64,000 bases of DNA, from positions 21,516,001 to 21,580,000 of the forward strand of contig CM075987.1 of the NCBI GenBank assembly GCA_038087875.1, written 5' to 3'. Source of the stretch: Malacoraja senta. Its lineage: Eukaryota. Shown piece after piece: positions 1 to 13,810 of the stretch (position 1 is the stretch's first letter; every line of letters begins with the position of its first letter). A model generated the notes under the pieces. That model ran no database searches, was not told where the DNA came from, and worked only from the letters and a program-made list of their open reading frames with translations. The translations under genes and the position numbers were made by a program.

Positions 1-132
1 CAGATCAGATTGTTTTAATATTGAATCCAGACTATTTGTAGAAGCTCATTGTTCACGGAATCTAGTAAAAATCTATGATAAACATATTACAATTTTGTCT
101 TGATTGAGTCGATGATTCTTCTTTCTTTCTAG

Positions 133-258
133 AACCTGTCCAGGGAGCAGGCCGATTATTGCCTCTCGCACATGAAGCCATATACAGATAGCAAAGGCAG
201 AGAGATTCCTTCGGCCTTCGACTATGTGGAATTTACACGATCGCTGTTTGTGAACTAA
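133..258 (+). CDS. sptan1: Spectrin alpha chain, non-erythrocytic 1: last coding exon (gene continues upstream of the window)
   Basis: Polypyrimidine tract plus AG at 131-132, then NLSREQADYCLSHMKPYTDSKGREIPSAFDYVEFTRSLFVN* matching the alpha-II spectrin C-terminus; candidate ATTAAA polyA signal at 423-428. Confidence 0.96.
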   Translation, partial: NLSREQADYCLSHMKPYTDSKGREIPSAFDYVEFTRSLFVN

Positions 259-745
259 GCTTCCAAAATCTAGGCTTACCTGCTAACAGTTATTCTGCAT
301 GACCCTGCCTAACTTCCATGCACCTATAAACTGTGCAGCAAGACTACAATTAATCGGTTTGCTTGTGCTTTGCCTGAAAACTTTTTTTTACTCTGTACTC
401 TTTACTGTAGTGTGCTGAAAACATTAAACACTTACTGATTCAAACTGAGAAATGGTGATATTATTCTATGACTGGGGTAACACTTTGCATTGGATTTTCT
501 TCCTTAGCCAACATATCTTTTATTTTCAGATTTTCACAAATAATACAATTGAATATACATTGCCACCCATCAACTTGCAGCTGCCCAGAGGTGAGATGGT
601 GGGTGGTTGGTGGGTGGGTGGGGGGAAATAATGTGGTGGTATGCTGCAGGAAGAAAATGGTAGCTAACAAGAGCAAGGGAAATTAGTTAATGCACAAGAC
701 ACTTTGTATAAAATATATTTTTAGGGTTTCATTTGTAATAAGTGT

Positions 746-1000
746 TGACATACAGCATGGAAACTGGCCCTTTGGCCCACCGAACCCGCCCCGATCCGCG
801 ACCACTATACACTAACACTATCCTACACATACTAGGGACAATCTGCAATGTTACCAAGCCAGTGTGGGACGAAACTGGACTTCTCGGAGAAAACCCACGC
901 AGGTCAAGGAAAGAACAAAATCCGTAGACAGCACCCGTAATCAGGATCGAACCCGGGTCTCTGGCGCTGTAAGGCAGCAACTCTACCGCTGCACCATCAT
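746..1000 (-). mobile_element. tRNA-derived V-SINE (HE1-like), internally deleted copy
   Basis: Reverse complement resembles the copy at 13511-13810 (tRNA-like head, GGTTTTCTCCG central domain, CR1-like tail). Confidence 0.75.
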
Positions 1001-1199
1001 ACCACCTACTCTGGATACTTTTATTAATGCTTAGTTTAACAGTTCTGGAATGCAAACAGTGGTATTACATTGAAACTAATAGGAAACAGGTGTTTTAAGA
1101 GTTTGCTTAGCACACGTACAATAGACTCATTATCTTCTATGCGTAGTTCTTGTAACTTTGTTACACATGGGTGAGGATGCCATTGCATTTGTTTTGCTA

Positions 1200-1590
1200 A
1201 CCAGATGGGGAGAAGACCCTCTGAGCATTTGACAGCTCTGGGCCTGTACTCACTCACGAGTTTAGAAAGATGATGGGGGAATCTCATTGAAAATGACCAA
1301 ATAATGAAAGGTCTGGATAAAGTAGATATGGAGAGGATATTTCCGCAGCTTCATAATAAAAAGACATGCCTTTAGAAATGAGATGAGGAATTTCTTTAGC
1401 CAGAGGGCGGTGAAACCAAAATTCATTGTTACAGACTGTGGAGGCATCGTAAAGGTTCTTGAATAGTAAAGGTGTTGAAGGTTATGGGGAGAAAGGAGGA
1501 CAATGGGGTTGAGAAGGAAATATAGATCAGCCATGATTGAATAGTGGACTCAATGGGCTGAATAGCCTAATTCTGTTCCTACAACTTATG
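1200..1590 (+). mobile_element. Old CR1 LINE 3' fragment
   Basis: Degenerate match to the 3' ends of the other CR1 copies here (ggcctgtactcact...tttagaa...agatcagccatgattgaat). Confidence 0.65.
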
Positions 1591-3132
1591 AGTATTGCAA
1601 TAACCAAGCAGATTCTGGATCAAAGTGTAAGCCAAAAGATTAATAAAATGGACTCCAATAAAGGTAATATTGGTCAAAACCATCTAGTAGCACTTGCTCA
1701 CCAATTTAGCCAGTTTGGGTTTTGCCACGAGCTGCAAAATGTGGACCAAGGAGCTAAATATTAGAGCTGAGGGAAAACACGTGCTCACATTGTATCTAGA
1801 CACAAGATGATTGAGTGTCAACAAGGAACCCTGCTAAAAACTGACCTCAATAGTCATCAAGCAAAGAACGATGGCTATGGTAGGTGGCAACGATTCAACC
1901 AGTTCCAGAATATCAATAATAATTCCCACCATTGACCTTCTGTCATAAAATCAGGGCAATTGTTTCTATGTCTCCTAAGTAACCGAACAAAACTATTAAA
2001 TTCAAATCAGTACAAGTCAGGATACTTGAATGGGCTAGAGGTGGTTGTAGTCTGCCCTGCAAAGCCATGGTGACCAGTCTAATCCTGAAACTGGCCAGAG
2101 AATGGATTTGCCCAAAAGCTACTAACCAAAATCTAGCAGTCATTGTAATAAGAACTTACTTTTTTAAACTTTGCTACTGCTAGGCAGTGCTGTATGGCCA
2201 ATTGAATCCAACAGTCACAATGTCATGAGATTGAATAAACGGCCAGTTTCATAAGCTTCAACAAACACAATTTTAGTTAATATTAAATTAAATACTCAGA
2301 CAACACATAAATTGAACATTTGATATTTTTAATAAAATTATTACATCTTGAAATGCGAGGAAGTTACAGCTCAGATCATTTTGTTCTTCACAGCAATCTT
2401 CACTTATTACAACACTGAAATTATTTAGACCTAATCCAAAGAGAAATCTTGAAGTGTATTTAGTGCAAGGTCAGTTTATAATTCCATTAGATTTTTACCC
2501 ATTCCACCAATTTCTCTTGATTGGCTTAACTCTGAAAAGCAGCATAGCACAAAGCCTTGAAAATCAAGAATAAACGTGCTAAAATGTTAGGGTGGAAATT
2601 CCAAACGGCTTTCAGTTTTGTAATGAACCGACAGGAAATTGTCATTATGCCAGCGAGTATTTTTCTCACCCAGTGATTGAGTGGTTTTCAATGGGAGGAG
2701 GTTGTAATTTTGAACTGGATTCCACTTCTCTCATGAAATACATGTAGATATTTAGGGATCTTGACCGTCCTGATCCAGATCTGCAAAGCCCTGCAAATCC
2801 CCTTTTCTTACCAGACATGCAAGCAAAAGTAAAAATCAATCAAATGGTAATAAGAGGATTCTCCATAATGCTGGATGGGAACACCCAATTCAAAACGGCT
2901 GGATGAGTTGCCACTCATGTATGCTTGACCCAAGGAATTACACTTCTTGTTCATAAATACTTTATTGGCCTTAAAAAAATATTACGAATACGTGTTAAGC
3001 TGTAAATAAATCAATATTAACATTTTTAATAATCTTAAGAAAATATGCTAAATCAGTTCATGATGTATAATCTCACAATCCTAAAGAGATGGGGTAAATT
3101 TCCCCAAAGCATCTCATTAGGTCTTTAGTCAA

Positions 3133-3371
3133 TCAATCTGCTACTTCATTAGCAAGCTGCTCGAGTAGATTCATCTCTCTTGGTCCTTGCTTCATCAGTT
3201 CAGCACTCAGCTGCCAGATTTTGACACTTCCTTCCGCATTACCAGCTGCAAGAAGTTGTGGTTGTTTTGGATTAAAAGCCAGGCAGTAAACTGGTTGGTT
3301 CTCTGCACACTGCTCAATAGAAACCGAGGGACATAGAGAACTCTGCCCCAGGTCAAAAATCAACACCGTTC
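3133..3371 (-). CDS. dync2i2: Dynein 2 intermediate chain 2 (WDR34), coding exon 8 (last)
   Basis: Acceptor cag|, phase 1; TVLIFDLGQSS...VYCLAFNPKQPQLLAAGNAEGSVKIWQLS...LANEVAD*; AATAAA on the minus strand at 2961-2966. Confidence 0.93.
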
Positions 3372-3479
3372 CTGTTGGAATAAGAAACAAAATTTCCACT
3401 CAATCTTTAAAGGTAAAATATCTCTCAACATAATAATGCATTTCTGCTGACCCACTTTAGTACCCTGTTCTCACCTTCT

Positions 3480-4450
3480 TCCCATGGCCCTTGTTCCCTT
3501 TGGCATACCTTCTGGCTGCACCATATATTTACTGACTTCATTTAATGACTATTGTTTTCTATGGGAGAAATTGCCATAGGTTCATCACCCTCTCATGAAG
3601 TAGTTTTTCCTAATTTCAAGTCTCTTATCCTGAGGCTAGCTCTGAACACTGTCAGGAACATTCTTTCTAGTCCTGTTGGAGTTTTATAGGGGTTTCAAAG
3701 GTCTTTTATTGTCACGTGTACAAATTACGGTACAGTGATTTTCATTCTCTCATTCTTTTATACTCCAGTGAATTTAGGCTCAACCATACCAATCACTTCT
3801 AATGAGTAGGTGCTGCCATCCCAGAAATCAGTAAAGGGAGCATTTGTTGCACACCCTCCATGACCAAGTGTCCTTTCTTTGATGTGGAGACCAAAACTAC
3901 ACACTAAGCTCCAGATGGGGTCTTACCAAGCCCATTACAGCTGCAGCAACACATCTTCGCTCCAGTTCTCAAATCTTGCAATGGAGACCAATGCTGCCTT
4001 TGATGCCAAACGTTAAGGTGCAGCAAGAAGATTGCCTTGTTAACTAATTACTGCACTTAAACTTTTGTTTTCATTGACTGCTGTATTATGAAACAGAGGT
4101 CTTCTTGCACATTCTCATTTTCACAATTATCACCATACAAATAATAGCATCCTATTTTTACAACCAAATTGGATAATCTCAGTTATCCACATTAAACTGG
4201 ATATGCCATGCATTTACCCACTCATCTAACGTATAAATCACATAGGAATCTCTTTGCTTCCACTTCAAACCTCACGTTTCCTCCCAGCACACTAACCTTT
4301 GGTACAGGACCTTTTCAATAGCCTTTTGATAAATTCAAATGCACCACATCCACTAGTTCTACCTTATCTATTTGACTAGCTACATCCTAAAAAATTACAA
4401 CTCCAGTAATTTGTTCATTTCCTTTTCTTTACCCATGCAGACTCTATAAT
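3480..4450 (-). mobile_element. Old degenerate CR1 LINE fragment
   Basis: Reverse-complement similarity to CR1 RT/3' region (ggagaccaaaactacaca, ccaaattggataatctc); no intact ORF. Confidence 0.55.
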
Positions 4451-5370
4451 GCCCTTCCTAGCGTTCAAGTTGGATATAAGATAAATGTCGACTGACATGA
4501 GACAACAATCGCAAAAGCCCAGGCTCATTACAAAGTTTATGGAGGCAATCTCCCATAATCTGCAAAAAGGTTCTCCTTTATTTAGTACATTAAACAGTAA
4601 ATACCAGAAAAGATCCAACCTGCTGTTAACCGGTGATCAAAAGCTTGATAAAAGTTATAGATTTCAAAGGATATCTTAAAAGAGGGAGAAAGGAGAGGAA
4701 TGGGAATTCAGAGGCTAGAAGCTAAGCAATTTAAAGCACAGTTGTTGATAAACAAAAGTTCCCAAAAGACCAAAACTGGATGAAGAGATTTGAAGGGGAG
4801 GAAGTTACCATGATAGGGAAGGTGAAGGCATAAAGGGATTTGACAACCTAGATAAAATCTCAGGTCAGTGTACATCTCGCAGTACAGGAGTGACCCGAAA
4901 GCCTTCGTGAAAAATATCACTTGGATTTATATATAGCATTTCTTACCAATTGGTTGCAATGGGAGGAATCCAGAGCTAACATGCTTCAGGTTCTGTTTCT
5001 TAATCCAGAATGTATGTCACAGGAATGTGGTACCAGAATGGTTAAATTACTGACTCAGCATCAATAATCTGGACCATTATTCTAGGGACAGGAGTTTAAA
5101 TCCCACCCATGGCAACTGAGGAATTTAAACTCAAGTAACCTATAACAAAGCATCGATCATGAATCTACAGGTTATCATTTAATAAAAAGTCAGTTCAAGA
5201 AATGAAATCCACTTTTTCGAACCCAATCTGCCCTATAGCCTAACTCATTAACATAATTGACTCTTGACTGCTTCCTCATTTCGGGATAGTACCTCTGCAT
5301 CAAATGAATGAATAAACAAAAAATTCCCACCAAAGCTAAACCCAAACTTTTAAAGCATCACAGCACTTAC

Positions 5371-5528
5371 CCTCTCCTGTGGCTGCAGCAAATACAAGAG
5401 GCCGGACTGAAGACCAGCAAACACTGAAGAGATAAGTTTGAGATAGCTGAAGAGAAAGAACTGGCTTGGCTTGCAACATGGAGTACAGATGAACGTGTCC
5501 ATCAGTGCCAGCAGTAAGAAAGAGGTTT
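5371..5528 (-). CDS. dync2i2: dync2i2 coding exon 7
   Basis: [61 protein letters not shown] boundaries; phases fit neighbouring exons. Confidence 0.93.
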
Positions 5529-5920
5529 CTGCGAGAAGAAGAACATTGAAAATATATGCATTGGATAAATACCCAATTTTACAGATAATGTATAGGACTA
5601 GTTCAATTTACCAGAAATCTGTATTCTTATTTTCACACCATATCCTAAAATACCTGAAAATTGTTCCAATGATAGAAATATAATAGCCATCTTGTGTATG
5701 CACAATGATCAGATAATCCATTCATTGGACATTGAGATTACAATCAGATCACCCAGGTTCTTATTTAATGGCAGAGCAAGCTTGAGGAATCAAGTGACCC
5801 ATTTGCTCCTAATTTGTATTATCTCATGGAATAATTTCAATCACCTAAATGAGGGGAGGCTTCAAAGTCCAATTTTTATATCCCTTCTGGTAATCCACCA
5901 TTCATTGTTCATAAACAGAC

Positions 5921-6147
5921 CTGTGAAATGGTGAGCAAGCAACAGCATGTACAGGACCACAGTGCGGGGAGAAGGTGAACAGGGCCGGCGCCTTCAATGG
6001 AATGGAACCAGAGCTCAGCGATGCAAGAGTCAGAACCTCTGTTGAACACTTCAGCACGTAGCCGCCCTCCACACCAGCAATGAACACAGTCTTGTCCAGA
6101 TGAGAGAAAGAGAGAGCAGTCACACCAAAAGAAGTGCTCCCACGTAC
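5921..6147 (-). CDS. dync2i2: dync2i2 coding exon 6
   Basis: VRGSTSFGVTALSFSHLDKTVFIAGVEGG...FSPHCGPVHAVACSPFHR; AG/GT boundaries. Confidence 0.92.
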
Positions 6148-6945
6148 CTGGGGATGAGTTAAAAGATATAAAAAGGCTTTAAGAAAAAGGTTTACTTTGT
6201 ATAACTGGTCAACTCAAGCTTCTATAATTATAGATTCCAAGTATAGCTTTCCTATACAAAAAATGTTGGAAACACTCATCGGGTCAAACGACACATGTAG
6301 AGCATGAAACTGATTTTAAATTTCAGGTCAATTTCTGGTGCTCTCATCAGTTTCTCCCTTCACAGATGTGTTGGTGAATCTAATGAGCATTTCCAAATTT
6401 TGTTTTTTTAATTTCAAATTTTACACAACTGCAGCATTTCTCTTTTAGTTTTCAGAATGGCTGATTTCCTGAATGTGATGTTTTGCTTTTCTTTTCAAAC
6501 TTGGTTATAAACTGCCATGTTGAAGAAGAATTGATAAAAAAGGAAAAAATATTCACCTACCACCAAGTCTTTTCCAGTCATATCTACCCTGTAGGGTTAT
6601 CTCAAGTCAAATGGATAATGTCTCGGCTCATAATTATCAGATCCCTAAATTTGAGTCCAAATACTAGTGTAGATCTACAAATGTAGATCTGAGCACATGA
6701 GGTAAAAAAGTAATACAATGATTTTCTAGACGACAGGTATCAGCAAGCATCTTGGCTTTGATTAACAAGCAAACGTGTCTCCATTGGAATAACTGAAAAG
6801 CTTGCAGCCAGGTTGTTGAGGTAAAATTCTGACGATATTCTGCTTCTGTGGTTGCCAAATTTCAGACGTGGAAGCAACAATCTGCCAGCTTTGGGAGAAC
6901 CTCAACTCAATTTCAACATCGAATAACATTACAGAGACTGCTCGC

Positions 6946-7110
6946 CTTAAGTTTGATATTGCGTGGCATCTGCTGAACGACAAGAGCAAATCCATCCTGC
7001 AGTACTAATTGACCTTTGCCATCCATCCCCCAGATGAGAATCTTTCCATCCGTACTCGCACTTAGAAGATTAATTCTGTTGCTGCGACTCAAACTCTGGT
7101 TCCACTGCAC
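6946..7110 (-). CDS. dync2i2: dync2i2 coding exon 5 (GC donor)
   Basis: VQWNQSLSRSNRINLLSASTDGKILIW...QQMPRNIKLK; ends AAG|GCGAG in phase 0, matching the next exon. Confidence 0.88.
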
Positions 7111-7774
7111 CTGTTTTGGGAGGGAACAGACATGTTTTATACTTAAAACTCACCACAGGTTAAACATTAGTGAAAGAAAACAATGTGACTCTTCCTCGTC
7201 CTCTCAACAGTGTATAGTGGATAATATTATTCCAATAAAAACCAGACGTCCATCACCATCATCTTGTGCTCATCCAATTCTAACTGTAATCAATTTGCAC
7301 TGAGACCCCTTCACCCATTGCCCCTATAATCACCGACTCTCTAGGTTCCAGGTACAGAAATGTCCAAATCTTAGATTATCATCCTGATTTTCATAACATC
7401 CCTTGGCCTCAAGCAACTTATTGCTTCCACCCTAGCATTACACTCTCCATGCCTGCTCTCAACTATTCCCTTCACCACACTTACGGCAGCCATGCCTTCA
7501 GTTGCCTCAGCCCCAAGGTGAGCAACTCACTCTGCCTATGTTTTGTTTTAAATTCCTCCTTAAAATAATTTCATGGGCTTGAAAAAACAGAATTTCCATC
7601 ACACTAAATATTCTAGCAATGGTGATGTCAACACAAATGCTGGGGTGGAAAGTGTGAGGCACTGAATTTATATTTGCTTCAATCACATTGAAGATCTGGA
7701 CTATAATCAAAGCAATATTAAAGCAGCAAAAGGAAAGCCAAGATGTTGAAAATGGCCCAGACTAAATCGTTTAC

Positions 7775-7884
7775 CTGATAAACAGGCTCACGGTGAGTAT
7801 CTTCAGATATTCCTGATCTAGCGATTAATGGATCATCAGTTTTACTGCAGTTCCACACTAACACCTCCCCATTGTAAAGCCCAC
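7775..7884 (-). CDS. dync2i2: dync2i2 coding exon 4
   Basis: [42 protein letters not shown] boundaries. Confidence 0.93.
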
Positions 7885-8199
7885 CTGAAGAAAACATATA
7901 CATTTAGATCACAATCTTTTCTTCTCCTTAGTTTATTAATACAGATGTACAAAATATCATGACACATCAACGTATTGGCCAGTAAGTTGAATTCTAGGTC
8001 AGACCCAGGCTGGACTCATAGGATACAGCCCAGTTTAAGTTGAGTGCAACATAAACTACAGAACTGGATAATCTTGCTGTAAGATATTGCATCTTTGGAA
8101 TGTGGGAGTCTTTTTATAAAGTCATGCCACCTGTCTTCATGAATCTGCAGGAGTTTCCACTGTACACTTTATCTATGGGGTGTCAGGATTTTGATCCAG

Positions 8200-8900
8200 T
8201 GGAGATGAAGGAACATAACAAAAACAAGAGCTGGAATAGGCTATCGAACTCTTGAAGCTGTTCCAACACTCAAGAATCGAATCTTGGCTTCAATGCCACG
8301 TTTCTGCATTGTCCCCATGCCTTCTTTCCTGTAGGGTTCAAATCCCTACTAATCCCTGCCTTGAATATGCTTGGTGATTGTATCGTCATGCTCTCTGGGG
8401 TATGGAATCCCAAAGAGTCAAAGCCCTCAGAGAAATATCTCATCTCCATCGTAAATTGGTAGACAGACCCTCATTCTGAAACAATGCTCACTCATTCCAG
8501 ATAACTACACTAGGTGAAACATCCTCTGCACCATTCTGTTAAAACTTCTCAAATATACATTTAAATAAAATTCCCATTCTTCTGCACTTATATTGTAGGG
8601 GCACCCTCTTCATATGTCACCAGCTTCATCCCAGGGTTCAACTCAACAAACTGTCACTGTACTGTCTGCAATGCAAGTGTATCCCTCCTTAAATAGAGAA
8701 ACCAAAATTGTAAGTAATACTTCAGGTGCTGTCTCACCAACGCTCTGTAAATTTCAATTAAAGGTTCCCTACTTTTACACTCCATACCAATAGCAATAAA
8801 GGGCAACATTCAATAATCCATGCTAAGTATTTTTCACAAACACATACCGACTCTTGTTTTTCATGCACTAATACGCAAGAATCACTGCTCCTCCATAATG
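8200..8900 (-). mobile_element. Old CR1 LINE 3' fragment
   Basis: Degenerate reverse complement of a CR1 3' end (ccttaaatagagaaaccaaaattgtaagtaatacttcaggtgctgtctcacc). Confidence 0.5.
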
Positions 8901-10087
8901 AACAACTTGGAAGTAGTGAAAGTATGGAATGGAATACTTTGTCACATGTGACTAGGCACAATGAAATTCTTTGTTTGCATACCCAATGTATACAAATAGC
9001 AGCCACCTACAGCGCTGACAAAGTTACAAAGCACGCCGGCTCCTCCTTTTGTTCTTCCCCCCCTCCCCCACAGCGGTTCCCCACGTCGGGTCCCCATTGT
9101 CCTTTGTTCTCCCCCCCCACCTCCTTCATAGCAGTCCCCCCACACTGGGTCATCCATTGTTCTTCCCTTCCCTCCCTCCCTCACTGTGGTCCTCCACTCT
9201 CTCATTGACCGTTGTAGCGAGTAGTCTGGATGGGGAATGTGAATGGCTTGGCAGCATCCAGAGATGAAGGTAGCAGAGTCCTGAAGGAATAACAGCCAGG
9301 GTGCTTCAGCAGCTGGTAGTGAATGAATTTAAATGAGCGATGAACCTACCTGACCTTCACAAAAGCACTGTAGATGTGACCACAGTGCTCTTAAAGAGAC
9401 AAAGCCCCATCTTCACATTGAACGAACATGTTGAATGGAATAGACTAGGAATTTATTTGGTAACTCAGAACTAAGTATTCACAAGGAATTGAAGAAAGAT
9501 CTATCATCATCTGTAAATTTATCCTATCACTACAATCTAGCCAGGAGATGAACCCAGCTTTAAAGAGCAGCGCAGAAGGGCTTGCCAGGAATACTTAAAA
9601 ATGAGGTGCCAACTTTGTGAAGTTGCAACACTGGGATTACATGTTAACTCACTACCAACAAATAACATCAAAGCACTACAGTGCTGCCATGCTGAGAAAT
9701 TGGATGGTGTTGATGTTCACAGAGAACTGGGTTCATGCAATGATAGCTAATAATCGTCTAATAGCCTGTCTCTCCCCTTTGTTGACCATCAGTGACTTGT
9801 GCATGTATGTTGGTTTTACTGCTGCAAGAAAGAATTTCATTGTTCCATTTTCACTACATATGACAATTAAACACTCTTAACTCCTCCAGTGGTAGTAATG
9901 ATGTACTGCACAAACTACAACTTAAATTATTATATTGCATAAGAGCATTTTGAAATATTGTGTTGTCTCTTTGAGATCTTCAAGTACCTAATATTTCAAT
10001 AATGTTATATTAAATTGCAATAATTACTGTGTATGCTTTGGGGAATTTTCAAAAAGTGTTGACCAAGACACCATCCATTCTCAATGT

Positions 10088-10885
10088 GGGTGTGGCGGCG
10101 CCTATCGGCAGCGGCTCGACTACAGTCCGTATGTCTTTTTTTTTTTGGTCTTGTTAAATGTACATCTTGAGTTTAGTTTTTACTATTTTTTTAGCTGTGT
10201 ATATGTGGGGGGTGGGGGGTGGGGGGCTGTGGGGGAAACCGTTAATCTCTTCCCTGTACGGGGACACGACTTTTTCCCTGTCGGGTCTCTGATGTCGTTG
10301 GGCCTAACATCGAGGAGCCGGCGGCCTTTGGCCGGGACCAACCTGAGGGCTCCAGTCGTGGAGCCTGCGGACCTGACATCGCGGAGCTGGCCGACTTCGG
10401 AGCGGGAAGAGCTGTGGTGGCGCGCGGCTGCGACCCGACTTCGGAGCTTCGGAGGCTCTGGCCGCAGGCCCGGTAACATCGGGAGCTCGCAGGTCCCTGG
10501 TGGGAGACCGCTTTTCGGAGCTCCCGCAACGGCAACTTCCCCCGCTGGAATCGCGGGGTTTAAAGGACTCGGAGCGGGGCCTAGCATCGCCCCGCGTGGC
10601 TTAAACGGCCACAGGAATTACCATCGCCCTCCGGGAACATCGGGAGCCCCAGTTGCCTCGACAATGCAGTTGAACTGTTGGACCACGGGAGAAGAACAAA
10701 GGGAAGAGACAAGACTTTGCCTTCCATCACAGTGAGATGTTGGAGATCCACTGTGATGGATGTTTATGTAAACTGTGTTAAGTGTGGGTCTTGGGGTTTT
10801 TTGTAATGTAAAACTGTAGAAAAAGCAATTTCCTTCAAACCAAGTTGTTTGAATGACAATAAAAGGCATTCTATTCTATTCTATG
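10088..10885 (+). mobile_element. GC/CpG-rich non-autonomous retroelement with AATAAA and (ATTCT)n tail
   Basis: Abrupt CpG-rich block inside an AT-rich intron ending in aataaaaggcattctattctattct; overlapping ORFs have no recognisable domain. Confidence 0.55.
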
Positions 10886-12991
10886 TATTTGTTCAAAAAG
10901 ATATGCAGTAAAGGGATGGAATGTACAAATGATATGGCTCACAGCAATCACTGACAAAATGAGGAAAATCTGATATTAGGGTCAAGTGCAGTAAAGCATA
11001 AAAATCCAGAAACGGCTTTCAGTGATTGCCAGCTCCTCCATTAGGGGCAGGCTGTAGCTTTGGTGTATTTAGCATAAATCAATACAATCAAGACGACGTT
11101 AATTATATATTATATTTTGTTTAAAAAAACACCTCGATAATGATTTTATTGAAATACATTGTCAGGCAGCCATATTTCCGACGTGACCTATTCAGATTAT
11201 GAATAGTTCTCATGAACAAAGTCCTGTCGTAATCGGGGGAGAACCAGTAGTGACGCGACTGGGCCTTTCACGGTGCTGTGCTGTTTTAGTGATGCAACAA
11301 CTCGTACCGAGGACACTTCTCTGGAGGATATGCCATTAGGAGTGAGAGACGTCACATCCAGAGTATAAATACTGGTTCAGACCAGATGGATCTGCATTCA
11401 TGCTGCAAATATTTTCCAGTACTTCGAACAACTTACCCACCCAGTCTCTATTCCTCATGATCGAGTGCACATATAATACAGAAGATACAAGAAATAAATA
11501 AAATTGGACATGCAGCACAGACCTCTTCCATCATTAGTAAGATATGACCCTTGGCGCTTTTCTGCCTGATTCTCATAACCCTAGTAGCACCAAAAATCTA
11601 CCCAACACAGTCCTGAAAGTACTTACTGATTGTCTAGGAATGAGAATTCCAAAGAAGCATTTCAGAAAATAAATTCCTCCTCATCTCAGCTTCAGTGGCC
11701 AACTCTTATCTTGATACGGCGCACCTAATTCAGGGTTGTCCCATACGGAAATAGCCTCATGGCTTCCAGTCAATAAACCCCCTCGGAATGGTATGTTTCT
11801 TCTCTCAAACCGCAAATTCTCCCAAACCATAATTTTATACCTTTTCCGAAGCTTCATCATGATTTGTCCTGGTGCATTTCTTATGCTCCAATACAAACTT
11901 TCAAAAGCATTAAAGTACTTTCTGAAAATTGTTCAACAATCGTGCACAGCACTTCAAATCTAGTTTGATTAGGGCATGGAAACCTCAGCATAATCTCTGT
12001 AGGTTAACCCAGTATGAAACAAAAGCAAATGTTAGCTCAGTTCAATTCAAAATTTACCTTGCAAGAAAAACAATGAACGATTTCTTAACCAGTAAGAACT
12101 GGAGCATAATTTTAGTCTCCAATTCATTTGCATCATCAACCTAAATCCAATTCACGTGCTAGAAAATATTTTGATCAACAAGCAATTGACTAAATTAGAT
12201 TCAATAATGAGCCAATGTCAACAAATGGTTCATATTGGCTATTGACCTCCCCAGCATTGAAGACATCTCGACAGGATGTGCTGCCTCAAAACACAGCTAA
12301 AATCTGTGCTACCCTGGTCACAGCTGGTACCCTAGTACCTTAGCTGCTACCAAGGGGAAAGTGGTACAGGAGCCAGAGAACCATAGCTCTTCTTCCCATC
12401 AACCATCAGGCTCTTGAACAATTATGCACAACTCTAACCACAAACCTCAGCACCAAACTACTAGGGACCAATCATATGTTTGCACTACATACTTTGGCTT
12501 GCACTATTATGGCCTGGTTACCTAATGTAATTAATAATTTATTGTATTATTGTTTGGTGTATATTTATTTATTGCACAAATATGTCTATAAAGCTGCAGC
12601 AAATAAGAATTTCATTGTTTTGGACCCACTGATAATTACACACTCTAGAATCTTTAACTCTTTTGTATTGATTTACTCTACTGTATTTCAGTTTAAAACC
12701 CCATGCCACTAAAATCTTTGGGAACAGGGGAGTTCATCCCTAACACCTCAACTAAATAAACTCCAACCAACATCAAAACAGAGACATTGGCACATTACTA
12801 TTAGCAGGAATTTGATTTGTTAAATAGTAGATCTACCCACTTGGTTGCAATGTGCATCAAACAATTTTGTATACGTGCAAGTCTTTAGTTCATCTACTTC
12901 CTTCAAAATCTGAGATTAGTTCAATGGTCCAATTATAGTTCCCCTTCGATGGAGAGATACAAACTTCAAAAATCAAAACCAAAATTCATAC

Positions 12992-13149
12992 CAGCAATCA
13001 AAGAAGGTTCTGTTGGGTGAAATGCCAGGCTCATGACAGCACTGGAAACATAAATCACAACATTTGGTCGGTTTGGGTTCAATCCTCTGCGATCCAGATT
13101 CCAAGTACACACGTAAGACTTCTCTGTGCTCCAGTCACCATCTTGTAAC
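12992..13149 (-). CDS. dync2i2: dync2i2 coding exon 3
   Basis: [58 protein letters not shown] boundaries. Confidence 0.94.
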
Positions 13150-13510
13150 CTGTAATTATTAAATATTATTCTGGGTAACTCTAAAAGCATGTTACAAACA
13201 TATATAGGTACATTTACTGGTGGTCTCCAAATTAATAAACACTAATAAAAATAAATAATTTTACTAATTGTGAAAATCATTCATTTTTGTATGCATTTTT
13301 CACAAAAAATAGTGACAGGAAGAACAAATTTGGGCATTTTTCCACCATACTGCATGAACCGGAAGCTGCCAGCCTATATTAATTCATTAACAAAGATCAT
13401 GTGGCATTAAGACTTACAAAAACTTATATTAGAAATTCCTTCAGTACTATTCTGGTCATTATATTAAATGGTTATACACCAATGGAGTTTTTTTTAAAAA
13501 GCACAATTAT

Positions 13511-13810
13511 GGGCAGCACAGCAGTAGTGTTGCTGCCTTACAGCGCTTGCAGCGCCGGAGACCCAGGTTCGACCCAGACCACGGGTGCTGTCTGTACGGA
13601 GTTTGTACGTTCTCCCCGTGACCACGTGGGTTTTCTCTGAGATCTTTGGTTTCCTCTCACACTCCAAAGACGTACAGGTATGTAGGTTAATTGGCTTGGT
13701 ATATGTGTAAATTGTCCCTAGTGTGTGTAGGATAGTTTTAATGTGTGCAGGGATCGTAGGTCGGCGCGGACTCGGTGGGCCGAAGGGCCTGTTTTCGCAC
13801 AGCATATCTC
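13511..13810 (+). mobile_element. tRNA-derived V-SINE (HE1-like), near full length
   Basis: tRNA-like head with B-box ggttcgaccc, central gtgggttttctctgag...ggtttcctctcacactccaaagac domain, 3' tail gggccgaagggcctgttt shared with CR1 3' ends in this window. Confidence 0.8.

Noticed and set aside
10145..10735. 196-aa and 134-aa ORFs in dync2i2 intron 3
   Set aside because: GC-rich repeat with a retroelement-type tail; no recognisable domain or splice structure.
13511..13600. tRNA-like sequence
   Set aside because: Head of a SINE, continuous with SINE body and tail; not a tRNA gene.
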